From Chlamydiota bacterium (lineage in GTDB: Bacteria; Chlamydiota; Chlamydiia; Chlamydiales; RGXB01): a stretch of 64,000 nt of DNA. The DNA is taken from positions 1 to 64,000 of the forward strand of contig CANLTW010000004.1 of assembly GCA_947494155.1 (NCBI GenBank). Reading direction: 5' to 3'. Both the position numbers and the translations under genes were made by a program. This document shows positions 30,768-39,812 of the stretch, in pieces. The notes under the pieces were generated by a model, which had not been told where the DNA came from, made no database searches, and was given only the letters and a program-made list of their open reading frames with translations. Within the stretch, counting starts at the first letter, position 1. Each line of letters opens with the position of its first letter.

Positions 30768-32210
30768 ATGATCCTATCCGGCGCAGTGAGTGCATGTGGA
30801 GCTATAAATCTTTCCCCCGAGATAGATCTTTTGGGGGATTTAACTGCGCACAAGGCTGAATGTGCTAGTAAATTGCCGACCACCGCCTATAGCCCTGAGT
30901 ACTTTAGCCCGGTGGTGAAAGAGGGGATGTTCGGTAACCTCGGACAAAAGCCCTATTTAGAGGCTGCGGGTTCGGCGATAGATCTTGTTGCACAAAAGAT
31001 CCTTAAAAAAGGGATAAAAACCGATTTTCATGGTCTTCTTGCCGATTTGAGTAAAATCCGCAAAGAAATAGCTCTAAGGACAAATACCCCTATGGCTGAG
31101 CGGTTTGGGGTGCGACGCAATGAAATGCATGCCCCCTTCAGTTATCCTTTTTTGATTCTAAGCGGCCAATACATACTTGCAGGGCTTAAGATATGCGAAA
31201 ATGTATTTCCGCTCTTAGCTCAAGCTGCTTTGAAAGAGACCTCTGAGGAGGACATTTTTACAAAGCCTTTCCAGATGACCTGTCAAGATTCCCCCTTTTC
31301 TAGTTTTACTCTGGAGCTTTTGAGTCAGGAGGCTATCAAAGCTAGAGGACTCAATACAGTCCGTTGGGGTCGTGGCCTTAAAGGATATGCTGCCGATGCA
31401 ATTGTAAATCCCTACGTCTATTCAGGTTTCTGTGAAGGTGGGGAGGAGAGCTATCAGCTCTTTTTGCGTAATACAAGACACCATTTGTCTGGTGAGGCCA
31501 TGTTACTGTCTTTAACAAAAAAGATTTCTTTAAAAGATAGTTGGAATGCGATTGTTGAAAGAGAAAAAGAGAAGGATCGTGAGTTACTTGCGGCCAAATT
31601 TAAAGATTTTAAGCAACAGAAGCATTTGGTTGAGGGGGATGGATACCACGGAATCAAGCTAGCAAAAGCGTTTCACAATCTAGAGGAAGAGTTTAGTCAG
31701 CCGATTAATGAAGGGGAGGAACTCCCCCCTAAAACTCACTATCTTCTATTTTCGATGCGCCATGAGGTTTTGGGGAAATTGTACGCCACATCTAAGTTTG
31801 TCACCTGGCTAAATCGCACCCCGGGCGAGGATTTGGATGATACTTTAGACAGAGCATATGAAAATTCCCGTTGGCTTGTGATGCATCAGGACATATTCCT
31901 TTTGGAAGATACCCTTAAAGAATGCGAGAGACTATTCAGGGATGTTTTGAGTTGGGATCACTCCAAAGGGACTTTAGAACTCATAGAGAAGATGGCTCCG
32001 TTAATCTATCTGCTGACCCATAGTCATAGAGATTCTAGAGGCACTGCGGCTATGAATGAATGGCTTGAGCGGGGGATCTACAAATCTTTTGGTTTTGATA
32101 TGTTAGCCCTAAGCACGCGCATGATAGATCTGGATGCTTTTTGCAACACTTATCCCGTATATTTTGAAATTTACAAAAAGTCTTTCAGCCTGGTGCCTAT
32201 AGGAAGCTAA
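30768..32210 (+). CDS. AvrB/AvrC-like Fido-fold effector candidate
   Basis: C-terminal LTHSHRDSRGTAAMNEWLERGIYKSFG...IDLDAF matches the recalled AvrB/AvrC/XopAH pattern H..PD.RGSAA..E...R.....G...PDLEA. Lacks the canonical Fic HPFxDGNGR. Confidence 0.6.
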   Translation: MILSGAVSACGAINLSPEIDLLGDLTAHKAECASKLPTTAYSPEYFSPVVKEGMFGNLGQKPYLEAAGSAIDLVAQKILKKGIKTDFHGLLADLSKIRKEIALRTNTPMAERFGVRRNEMHAPFSYPFLILSGQYILAGLKICENVFPLLAQAALKETSEEDIFTKPFQMTCQDSPFSSFTLELLSQEAIKARGLNTVRWGRGLKGYAADAIVNPYVYSGFCEGGEESYQLFLRNTRHHLSGEAMLLSLTKKISLKDSWNAIVEREKEKDRELLAAKFKDFKQQKHLVEGDGYHGIKLAKAFHNLEEEFSQPINEGEELPPKTHYLLFSMRHEVLGKLYATSKFVTWLNRTPGEDLDDTLDRAYENSRWLVMHQDIFLLEDTLKECERLFRDVLSWDHSKGTLELIEKMAPLIYLLTHSHRDSRGTAAMNEWLERGIYKSFGFDMLALSTRMIDLDAFCNTYPVYFEIYKKSFSLVPIGS

Positions 32211-32233
32211 TCGAGTATTTGCTAAATCTTTAC

Positions 32234-34858
32234 TTAAAAATAGGCATAGTCTTTGGGGATAAATTCATAGAAGCCCCCTTTAGTATATGATTTCAATTTG
32301 AAGTATTTTGTATTAAAAGAAATTCTGTGCCCATAAATAATCTCGATTTGGCTTTTTGCTTTTTCAGAAAATTCAATAATCCCCTTTTCAGAGATATTAG
32401 GACAGTGGCGTATTTTAACATGTGTTAGGGATAGATCAAGAAGGCTGATGAGATCGCCGTCTGTGAAATCTTCCGCCTCAAGAGAAAAAAATACAAGCGG
32501 AAGTTTTTGAAGAAAATAAACATAAGAGACATCCCATTTTTTTAGCCCGATGAGTTCAAGTTCACTTAAGGGTTTATTTTGAAGGAATAAAAGACCACAA
32601 AGGTCGATCTTGCTGGCATTTCTCAAAGAAAGCGATTGGAGATGTCTGTTATTGTCTAATAGCGCAAGATGTGCATTTTCAACTGGTAAATCTATACAAA
32701 GGCTTCTGAGCTCTTTTTTTTGTAACACAGAGAACAAACGACTAGGGTCTACATGAATAGTCGTGAAATTAAGCTCGTTTAAGGGGTTTTTTTTAATCAA
32801 ATCTAATAGGGTTTTTTCCTCAATATCGATCCCGCACAGATGGAGAATTTCTAGTGAGTCGAGATTTTGTAGTTGCTGGAAGCAGGAATCAATCCCATAG
32901 ACATTCTCCAAAACAAGCTTTTTTAGTCGATTATTTTTGATCAAAGCAAGAAATACATCGGGATCTAAAAGGGAATCTTTAATTTTCAAGCTTACAAGGC
33001 TCGATAGTTTTTTTAGTAAAAAGGCAGGGGGAAAAAAGTTAGCTAGATTTCCCATCCATTCCAGATCTTTAGGTTGAGGGTGTTTTTTAAGAGTTTCAAG
33101 CAATTCCGATTCCCTTTGATGAGCAAAAAGAGAAAGCTTTTCCCCTTTGCAAGGCGCCCATAGTTTCAAAGAGTTCATTCTATCTATTATCAGAAATCCT
33201 TGCTTTAATTTTTCTTTCAGGGGTTGAAAAGCACTTGGTGTCACTAACTCCAATGGGTTTTGCTCCAACGGATCGTCTTCTATGTGAAACACCTCATCAG
33301 GGGTGATTTTATAGGGCCCTTCTCTAAGAGCAATATCTGTGGAAAATCCCAAGTTTCCCAAGATTTGAAACCGTTGTTCCTTTTTTCTTGAAAGCGGATA
33401 GCCTAAACTGTGATGCACTACCGGTTTTTTTAAAAGATCAATAACCGTTGGGAAAATATCGATTTGAGAGGTGATAAACGAGTGCTTTTGCGGTTCAAGA
33501 TCCCCTATTTTCAGAAAAACGCAGGGGACATGCACGTTTTCTTGGTAAACTTTCATCCGAATTTGGAGATTTTCGTGCTCTCCCATAGGTTGCCCATGAT
33601 CTCCTAAGAGAATAAAAAGGGTATCTTTATACCAGGGCCTCTCTTGTGCTTTAAGAAAAAACTCCTCTAATCGCTTGTCTCCGACACGCAAAGCCTGCCT
33701 TAGTTTTTTTAAACCCTCTTTCTCCCCTTGTTCCTCCTCTTTGGGGACCTCCCAGGGGTGGTGACCGAATCCACTGGATAAAAAACCAAAGAATGGCGAT
33801 TCTGCGGTAGCTTTTTGATCCATCTGCTCAATGAGGTCTTGATAAGCTAATTGATCATCCACCATATAGGAAGAAAAAAACTTCCCCTTAGCTTGTTCAA
33901 TATAATCTACTCGATTAGTGTAGCGATCAAAGACCTCCCCATCGCCTAGGTATTCTTTTTTGGCCTCTCCGTATGTAGAGGTAAAATGGGCAGTATAGTA
34001 ACCCAATTTTTTTAACATCTGGGGCATACCCGTAAGAGGTAGATCATTCAAGCTGTGATAGTGGAAATTTTCTTGAAAAGGGGGAATACCAAAAAGTGTG
34101 GATACCGCAGCAGGGCAAGAGATGGGGAAATTTGCGTAGAATTGATCGAAAAAAACCCCCTTATTGCTGATTTTTTTAAAAAAAGGGGCGCTATCAAGAT
34201 CACGCATCCCCAGCGATTCCAAGAGAAGCACCACGATGTGAGGTTTTTCTTTTTTTAGTGAAAAAAGAGAGGGGGAAGAATAACCGGTGGTCTTCCTTAA
34301 AAAAGGATAGAACGGATCGATAAAAACCGATTTTTCCGATTCAAAAAGGAAAAAAGAGGGGAAAGAACTTGTGGTAGGGGGGGATTTCTTGTGTATCTTT
34401 TTAGGAAAAAATCTAAAAAAAAGATGCGTATGAAACCATAAAGAACCAGCTGAAGCTAAAAGAAGAAGGGGATGAAACAATTTAAGCGCAAAAAAAGGGG
34501 TAGATCCCCATAGAATTAGTAGGGTGAAAAGTTGACTAAGCCCACGAAATCCTATCTCATAGAACACCGAATCTTTTAAAGACCACAAACTTTTTTCAAA
34601 CCATTGAAAATCGCTCCAAATTAGACCCCTTTTATAAATTCTACTGATCTGCAGATCTAAAAACATAAGGGTAAAATAGGCGAGTGACAGAATGCTGAAA
34701 AAAAATTTTTCGTAACCGACGGGTGCTAGAAAAGATAAACCTAAGATAAGTTGAATAAAGAAATAATCCTGTAAACCGCTGCTTAAATTTCCTAAAAAGG
34801 ATCCCTTTTTTTGACTGCGTACCAAAAGAAGAGATAAGAAAAAAAATGCAGTAAACAT
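32234..34858 (-). CDS. Membrane-anchored LtaS/sulfatase-like (alkaline phosphatase superfamily) transferase fused to C-terminal leucine-rich repeats
   Basis: N-terminal TM helices; HIVVLLLES, GHHPW, GDHG, HVP, SQIDIFPT; last ~290 aa consist of LxxLxL repeats ending HCPNISEKG. Confidence 0.75.
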   Translation of the reverse strand: MFTAFFFLSLLLVRSQKKGSFLGNLSSGLQDYFFIQLILGLSFLAPVGYEKFFFSILSLAYFTLMFLDLQISRIYKRGLIWSDFQWFEKSLWSLKDSVFYEIGFRGLSQLFTLLILWGSTPFFALKLFHPLLLLASAGSLWFHTHLFFRFFPKKIHKKSPPTTSSFPSFFLFESEKSVFIDPFYPFLRKTTGYSSPSLFSLKKEKPHIVVLLLESLGMRDLDSAPFFKKISNKGVFFDQFYANFPISCPAAVSTLFGIPPFQENFHYHSLNDLPLTGMPQMLKKLGYYTAHFTSTYGEAKKEYLGDGEVFDRYTNRVDYIEQAKGKFFSSYMVDDQLAYQDLIEQMDQKATAESPFFGFLSSGFGHHPWEVPKEEEQGEKEGLKKLRQALRVGDKRLEEFFLKAQERPWYKDTLFILLGDHGQPMGEHENLQIRMKVYQENVHVPCVFLKIGDLEPQKHSFITSQIDIFPTVIDLLKKPVVHHSLGYPLSRKKEQRFQILGNLGFSTDIALREGPYKITPDEVFHIEDDPLEQNPLELVTPSAFQPLKEKLKQGFLIIDRMNSLKLWAPCKGEKLSLFAHQRESELLETLKKHPQPKDLEWMGNLANFFPPAFLLKKLSSLVSLKIKDSLLDPDVFLALIKNNRLKKLVLENVYGIDSCFQQLQNLDSLEILHLCGIDIEEKTLLDLIKKNPLNELNFTTIHVDPSRLFSVLQKKELRSLCIDLPVENAHLALLDNNRHLQSLSLRNASKIDLCGLLFLQNKPLSELELIGLKKWDVSYVYFLQKLPLVFFSLEAEDFTDGDLISLLDLSLTHVKIRHCPNISEKGIIEFSEKAKSQIEIIYGHRISFNTKYFKLKSYTKGGFYEFIPKDYAYF

Positions 34859-34913
34859 TATTTAAATAGGTACCAAAAGAGGGCTTATAAATCAAACTGA
34901 ATTAAGGGAAATA

Positions 34914-34938
34914 AAAACCTCGACGATAGCGAGGTTTT
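34914..34938 (-). terminator. Putative terminator after tal and the small ORF
   Basis: aaaacctcg-acgatag-cgaggtttt inverted repeat. Confidence 0.55.
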
Positions 34939-34996
34939 GTCTGATAATAAAAATTTCTCCAGAGCTTTGAGGAAAATTGAGACGGGGGAGCGGTAG

Positions 34997-35101
34997 TTAG
35001 GGAAGGGGTATTGTGTAGTAGTGCACGACCAATTTCAAAATAAATATAGCAAGAATAATGAAAAAGCCTACGCCTAAAAAGATATTCCAACGCGATCCCA
35101 T
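34997..35101 (-). CDS. Small single-pass membrane protein, 34 aa (not in the ORF track)
   Basis: MGSRWNIFLGVGFFIILAIFILKLVVHYYTIPLP. ATG 1 nt after the tal stop, GAGG 6 nt upstream. Confidence 0.55.
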   Translation of the reverse strand: MGSRWNIFLGVGFFIILAIFILKLVVHYYTIPLP

Positions 35102-35102
35102 C

Positions 35103-36041
35103 TTAAACCTCTTTCGCTACAATCCCTAAAAGGGTGTCGAGATCTTTAGCAAAACGGCGGATACCGTCTGATAATAAAAATGCTGCTCCATGATCTTCAT
35201 TATGTTGATGAGAAAATTTTGCGTAATCGACCTCTATTTTTGTCACATCGCTTTTTTTAGCCGTCTCTAAGTCGAGTTTTCTAGTAACCTCTTGACTGCC
35301 ATTTTGCATCTCTTCTAAAAATTTGGGTGCTATGGTCAATAGGTCACTTCCTGCAAGAGCAAGGATCTGTTTGGATGAGCGAAATGAAGCTCCCATGACT
35401 TGGGTTTTATACCCAAACTTTTTGAGATAGCTGTAAATTTTTCTGACCGATAGGACCCCCGGATCCTCATCAGGAGCAAAATCGGTTACCCCTTTCTCTT
35501 TTTTGTAAAAATCGGTAATGCGTCCTACAAAAGGGGAGATAAGAGTCACCCCTGCATCGGCGCAAATTGCAGCTTGAGCCATCGAAAATAACAGGGTCAT
35601 ATTGCAGTGGATCCCCATTTTTTCTAAAATGTTGGCGGCCTGAGCCCCCTCCCAAGTCGAGGCAAGTTTAATAAGAATTCTTTCTGGACCAATCCCTTTC
35701 TTTCCAAATCGTTCAATAATTTTATGGGCAAATATAATACTGGCGTCTTTATCCCAGGAGAGTTTGGGATCGACTTCAATAGAAACTCTGCCGTTTGAGG
35801 GGAGGAATTTTAAAATCTCCACACCAAAAGCGATGAATAGATCCATATAGGCATCGTAAACATCCTTTTTGCCTTTTACGGTCTGTTGTAAAAGGGGAAG
35901 GTAGGCCGGATCTTTGATCGCCTCTAATATAAGAGATGGATTGGTGGTCGCATCCTGTGGACTATATTTTTTCAACTCGTGAAATTGTCCGGTGTCCGCG
36001 ACAACTATAGTAAATTTTTTTAGATCTTCTAACGTGCTCAT
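35103..36041 (-). CDS. tal: Transaldolase
   Basis: VVADTG, DATTNPSL, LIKLASTWEG, CNMTLLFS, ISPFVGRI, VMGASFR. Confidence 0.97.
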   Translation of the reverse strand: MSTLEDLKKFTIVVADTGQFHELKKYSPQDATTNPSLILEAIKDPAYLPLLQQTVKGKKDVYDAYMDLFIAFGVEILKFLPSNGRVSIEVDPKLSWDKDASIIFAHKIIERFGKKGIGPERILIKLASTWEGAQAANILEKMGIHCNMTLLFSMAQAAICADAGVTLISPFVGRITDFYKKEKGVTDFAPDEDPGVLSVRKIYSYLKKFGYKTQVMGASFRSSKQILALAGSDLLTIAPKFLEEMQNGSQEVTRKLDLETAKKSDVTKIEVDYAKFSHQHNEDHGAAFLLSDGIRRFAKDLDTLLGIVAKEV

Positions 36042-36238
36042 AAACTTAATAAGCCAGAGGTAGGAATAAACTACAACTGCCTCAAGAAAAAAACAGATCG
36101 ATCTTTTAAAAATTTGCCTTTTGCATGGGACGAAATAGGGGGGAGCGACAGAATCGGCTCTACTTCATTTCAAAGAATGGGGCGAAAAAAGCGACACGAG
36201 GGGTAAAATCTTTCTCGATACTAGGCAAGATAGAGGAT

Positions 36239-36487
36239 TTATTTCAAGTCGGGGGTTTTGGTGGGTGTAGGGCCATTGCTGAGTCCCGCCGCTAAAGCTA
36301 TTCCAACAAAGAGGGCGACCCCCCAGGCGATCATGCTGACGTTGAGCTCTTCTGTGCTTTTATCGTCAAAATCCCAATAGTTTGTTTTTTCGGCGCTACT
36401 TTTTTTCGTTTGCGTAGGGGTCTTTCCCTCTAACGGGGTACTTAGAGCTAATCCAAAGGATAGAAAAGTTAATAAAATCTTACGCAT
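36239..36487 (-). CDS. Small hypothetical protein with signal peptide and one TM helix
   Basis: MRKILLTFLSFGLALS signal-like start and SMIAWGVALFVGIALAAGL helix. Confidence 0.65.
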   Translation of the reverse strand: MRKILLTFLSFGLALSTPLEGKTPTQTKKSSAEKTNYWDFDDKSTEELNVSMIAWGVALFVGIALAAGLSNGPTPTKTPDLK

Positions 36488-36595
36488 ATCTTTGCCATAT
36501 GCGATAGATCTTATAAAATCAAGGACTATAGAGGTTTTTTCAAAGGAGTTAAAGGTTGTCGTTTAATCATCAGAGGGTTACAATACCCTAAAATC

Positions 36596-37240
36596 TTGGG
36601 TGAAGAGCTGATGAAATACGCGAATAACACAAGTGAGACGATCCAAAGGATCCTTCAAGCAATCAAGGAAGAGGCTTTGGAGCCCTCAAAAACAGAGGCC
36701 GAAGAGACAATAGCTTCCGCAAATGCCGAAAGCGAGCAGATCCTCTATGAGGCTAACGCAAGGGCTGAGTCTATAGTAGCAGAGGCTACAAAAAAGGCTT
36801 CCGATCAGATAAAGGCTGCAAAAGTCGAGATAGATCTGGCACTCAAACAAGCTAAGCTGCAATTGAAAAACGATCTTACGCAAAATCTTTTCAAAAAAGA
36901 GCTCAAAGAGAGCCTCTCCAAAGAGATGCATAAGACCCAGATTGTTGCAAGAGCTGTGAATATTGTTCTCGAATCTTTAGAAAAAGATGGTCTTTACTCC
37001 AAATTCTCCTTAGTTGTCCCTGATGGGGTCTTTGAAAAAGAGCTGACCCAGCACTTGGCTCAAAATGTGATAGAGAAGATCGAGAAATTTGGAGAGCTAA
37101 AATTTGACTCTGTCTTTGGCGGGGTAATTTTAAAAATTCAAGAGAAAAATATGGTGGTCGAACTTACAGAAAATCAGGTAGAACAGGTGCTTGATCGTTT
37201 TGTATCCGACTCTTTGAAGGCATTTGTTTATAGCGATTAG
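36596..37240 (+). CDS. atpE: V-type ATP synthase subunit E
   Basis: Coiled-coil EA..II..A repeats, first gene of the V-ATPase operon. Start may be ATG 36611. Confidence 0.8.
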   Translation: MGEELMKYANNTSETIQRILQAIKEEALEPSKTEAEETIASANAESEQILYEANARAESIVAEATKKASDQIKAAKVEIDLALKQAKLQLKNDLTQNLFKKELKESLSKEMHKTQIVARAVNIVLESLEKDGLYSKFSLVVPDGVFEKELTQHLAQNVIEKIEKFGELKFDSVFGGVILKIQEKNMVVELTENQVEQVLDRFVSDSLKAFVYSD

Positions 37241-37245
37241 GTAGA

Positions 37246-38031
37246 ATGTATACGTTTCTTGAGTGTTACTTACCCCCCACCACTTTTGATACAAAACCTG
37301 AGATGGATCTCAAGGAGTTAAATGAGCTCTTTGAGCTAAATCTATCCCAAGAGGATAAAAATAGGTTGGCAAAGATACGCACCCTCATTGATGTGCTCAA
37401 CTTAAGATCCTATTTTACTGCTGATCGAATTTCGCCCGGAGGCTCTGTAGAGCCTGAGGAAATTGGCTATTGCCTCGAGCAGCAGATAAGTTATCCTCTA
37501 TTCGTTTTTGACTATATAGAAAAATATAAAGATATTAACGAGCGCATCCACCATTTTCGCGAGCTCCTTTTAACAGCATACGACTGGCTAGTAGAAACAA
37601 CCCAGGGCTTTTTGCACGATTTTTTCGACTACGATCGAAAAGTATGGATCACGTCGATGGCCTACTTGTCTAAAAAGAGGGAAAGAGAGCTTAAAGAGGA
37701 TTTCGATTTTCTAGACCCTAACGATTCTCTGACTATCCTGATCCAGGCGCAACACGAATCGGAGCATTTCGAATTTCCTGAAGGGCTTGAGGGGATAGAC
37801 CTAGAATTAGATGTAGCGTTTAGGGATCCCCTTAAAGAGATACAGATGATTTCTCGGCTCCGATACAATTTTTGCCAAACCTATTTACAAACTGACCCTT
37901 TCACATTAGACTCGCTTTTTGCCTACTATACACAGGTTTGGGTGCTATCCGACTTTTATGAGAGCCAAGACCAAAATTTAACAAAAAAAGGGGGGGACCT
38001 CCTCCTCAAACGGATTCAGGAGATCAAATGA
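37246..38031 (+). CDS. V-type ATPase subunit C-like protein (DUF2764, CT309-like)
   Basis: Position between E and A. N-terminal Y.FL..YLP and C-terminal DPFTLDSLFAY. Confidence 0.7.
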   Translation: MYTFLECYLPPTTFDTKPEMDLKELNELFELNLSQEDKNRLAKIRTLIDVLNLRSYFTADRISPGGSVEPEEIGYCLEQQISYPLFVFDYIEKYKDINERIHHFRELLLTAYDWLVETTQGFLHDFFDYDRKVWITSMAYLSKKRERELKEDFDFLDPNDSLTILIQAQHESEHFEFPEGLEGIDLELDVAFRDPLKEIQMISRLRYNFCQTYLQTDPFTLDSLFAYYTQVWVLSDFYESQDQNLTKKGGDLLLKRIQEIK

Positions 38032-39812
38032 TGACACAATCGCCCGTTTGGCAACTTGCTACCGGTACAGTTGAGGCTGTAAATGGCAACCTTGTGAGTG
38101 TTCTTTTTGAAGGCCCGGCAATTAACGGGGAAAAAATCTATGTTGAAGTCGACGGGATTGAGATCAAAGGGGAGATTATTGAGATCGCCTCCAATATTGC
38201 CAAAGCCCAAATGTTCGAAGATACAAAAGGGATCCGTCTTGGGGCTAAAGTCACCTTTTCGGGTGAGCTGATTGAAGCAGAATTAGGGCCCGGTTTGTTG
38301 AATCTGGTAGTAGACGGGATCGGTTCTCCACTTGCCGATGTCGCTGAAAAGGCGGGGTATTTCATGGAGCGCGGGATTGAGATCCCTACCCTTGATCGGA
38401 AAAGGCATTGGGAATTCACCCCTACTGCCAAAATTGGCGATACGGTGTGTCGTGGTGTAGAGCTCGGATTTGTGATCGAAGGGCGCATCAGACACAAAAT
38501 AATGGTCCCGTTTAAGCTTCAAGGTACCTATACCATCACCTGGCTTGCCAAAACCGGACATTATACTATTGAGATGCCGGTTGCCAAGATCCAAGATCAG
38601 AATGGTCACGAGATCTCTATCAACATGTTGCAGAAATGGCCGATCAAAAATAGACTAATAGCGGGTCAACCCCGTGTAAAAGATCGACTTTTGGAAACCG
38701 GAATGCGTGCAATTGATACGATGTTTCCTATCGTTATGGGGAGCACCACCTGTTCACCCGGCCCATTCGGTGCGGGGAAAACAGTGATTCAGCACCTTAT
38801 TTCCAAGTATGCGAATGTGGATATCGTCATTATTGTTGCCTGCGGTGAGCGCGCCGGCGAGGTTGTTGAGGTAATCACCGAATTTCCCCATCTTTTGGAT
38901 CCAAGATACCACGAACCTTTGATGCAACGCACCACGATCATATGCAACACCTCATCTATGCCTGTTGCAGCTAGAGAGTCCTCCATCTATATGGGTATCA
39001 CGATTGGGGAGTATTATCGGCAGATGGGGCTAAACGTCCTATTACTGGCAGACTCCACCTCCCGATGGGCGCAAGCGATGCGCGAAGTTTCGGCAAGACT
39101 TGAGGAGATTCCCGGAGAAGAGGCCTTCCCTGCGTATCTGACCTCCAGGATTCACTCTTTCTATGAGCGGGCTGGAGTGATCGAAACCCCTAACCAAAAA
39201 CTCGGCTCTATCTCTATCATCGGGGCTGTTTCCCCGGCTGGTGGAAACTTTGATGAGCCTGTGACCCAGGCTACTTTGATGGTAGTAGACACGTTTCTTT
39301 GCTTATCACGGGGCCTTTCTGACCAGAGAAGATACCCGGCTATTTCACGTGATTTGTCCTGGTCTTCAAATATCGATATAGCTGCCGATTTTTTAAGAAA
39401 GCAGGCCCCCGATTGGAAATACTCGGTGGATACAGCTAGAAAAATTCTTATGGAGGGTTTGGAGATTGAAAAGAGGATGGATGTCGTTGGAGAAGATGCC
39501 ATCCAGATGAGCGATTACGTGACGTACTTGAAAAAAGAGTTATTTGATTTCTCCTACTTACAGCAAAACGCTTTTGACCAAGAGGATGTTTATTGCCCTT
39601 TAGAGCGCCAAATTGAGTTGATGAAGCTCTATGACGAGATCTTTGCTTCCCCTTATCTTTTCAAAAACCATGATTCGGCAAGAAAGTCATTTATTGGTTT
39701 GCAAAATGACCTGAAGAACTTGAATTACACCGCCTTTCGATCCGATTCTTATCTAGAGGGCAAGGCCAGAATTGAAAAAAGAATAGAAGAGATGTTGGAC
39801 GTATGCAAGTAA
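38028..39812 (+). CDS. atpA: V-type ATP synthase subunit A
   Basis: GPFGAGKT Walker A, CGERAGE, ADSTSRWAQA, PGEEAFPAYL. Confidence 0.97.
   Translation: MMTQSPVWQLATGTVEAVNGNLVSVLFEGPAINGEKIYVEVDGIEIKGEIIEIASNIAKAQMFEDTKGIRLGAKVTFSGELIEAELGPGLLNLVVDGIGSPLADVAEKAGYFMERGIEIPTLDRKRHWEFTPTAKIGDTVCRGVELGFVIEGRIRHKIMVPFKLQGTYTITWLAKTGHYTIEMPVAKIQDQNGHEISINMLQKWPIKNRLIAGQPRVKDRLLETGMRAIDTMFPIVMGSTTCSPGPFGAGKTVIQHLISKYANVDIVIIVACGERAGEVVEVITEFPHLLDPRYHEPLMQRTTIICNTSSMPVAARESSIYMGITIGEYYRQMGLNVLLLADSTSRWAQAMREVSARLEEIPGEEAFPAYLTSRIHSFYERAGVIETPNQKLGSISIIGAVSPAGGNFDEPVTQATLMVVDTFLCLSRGLSDQRRYPAISRDLSWSSNIDIAADFLRKQAPDWKYSVDTARKILMEGLEIEKRMDVVGEDAIQMSDYVTYLKKELFDFSYLQQNAFDQEDVYCPLERQIELMKLYDEIFASPYLFKNHDSARKSFIGLQNDLKNLNYTAFRSDSYLEGKARIEKRIEEMLDVCK

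Noticed and set aside
30768..32210. Canonical Fic AMPylase call
   Set aside because: HPFxDGNGR is absent. The motif fits the AvrB-type branch instead.
34902..35090. 62-aa ORF in the track downstream of tal
   Set aside because: TTG start, implausible composition, and it runs through a terminator-like hairpin. The 34-aa frame at 34997..35101 is better supported.
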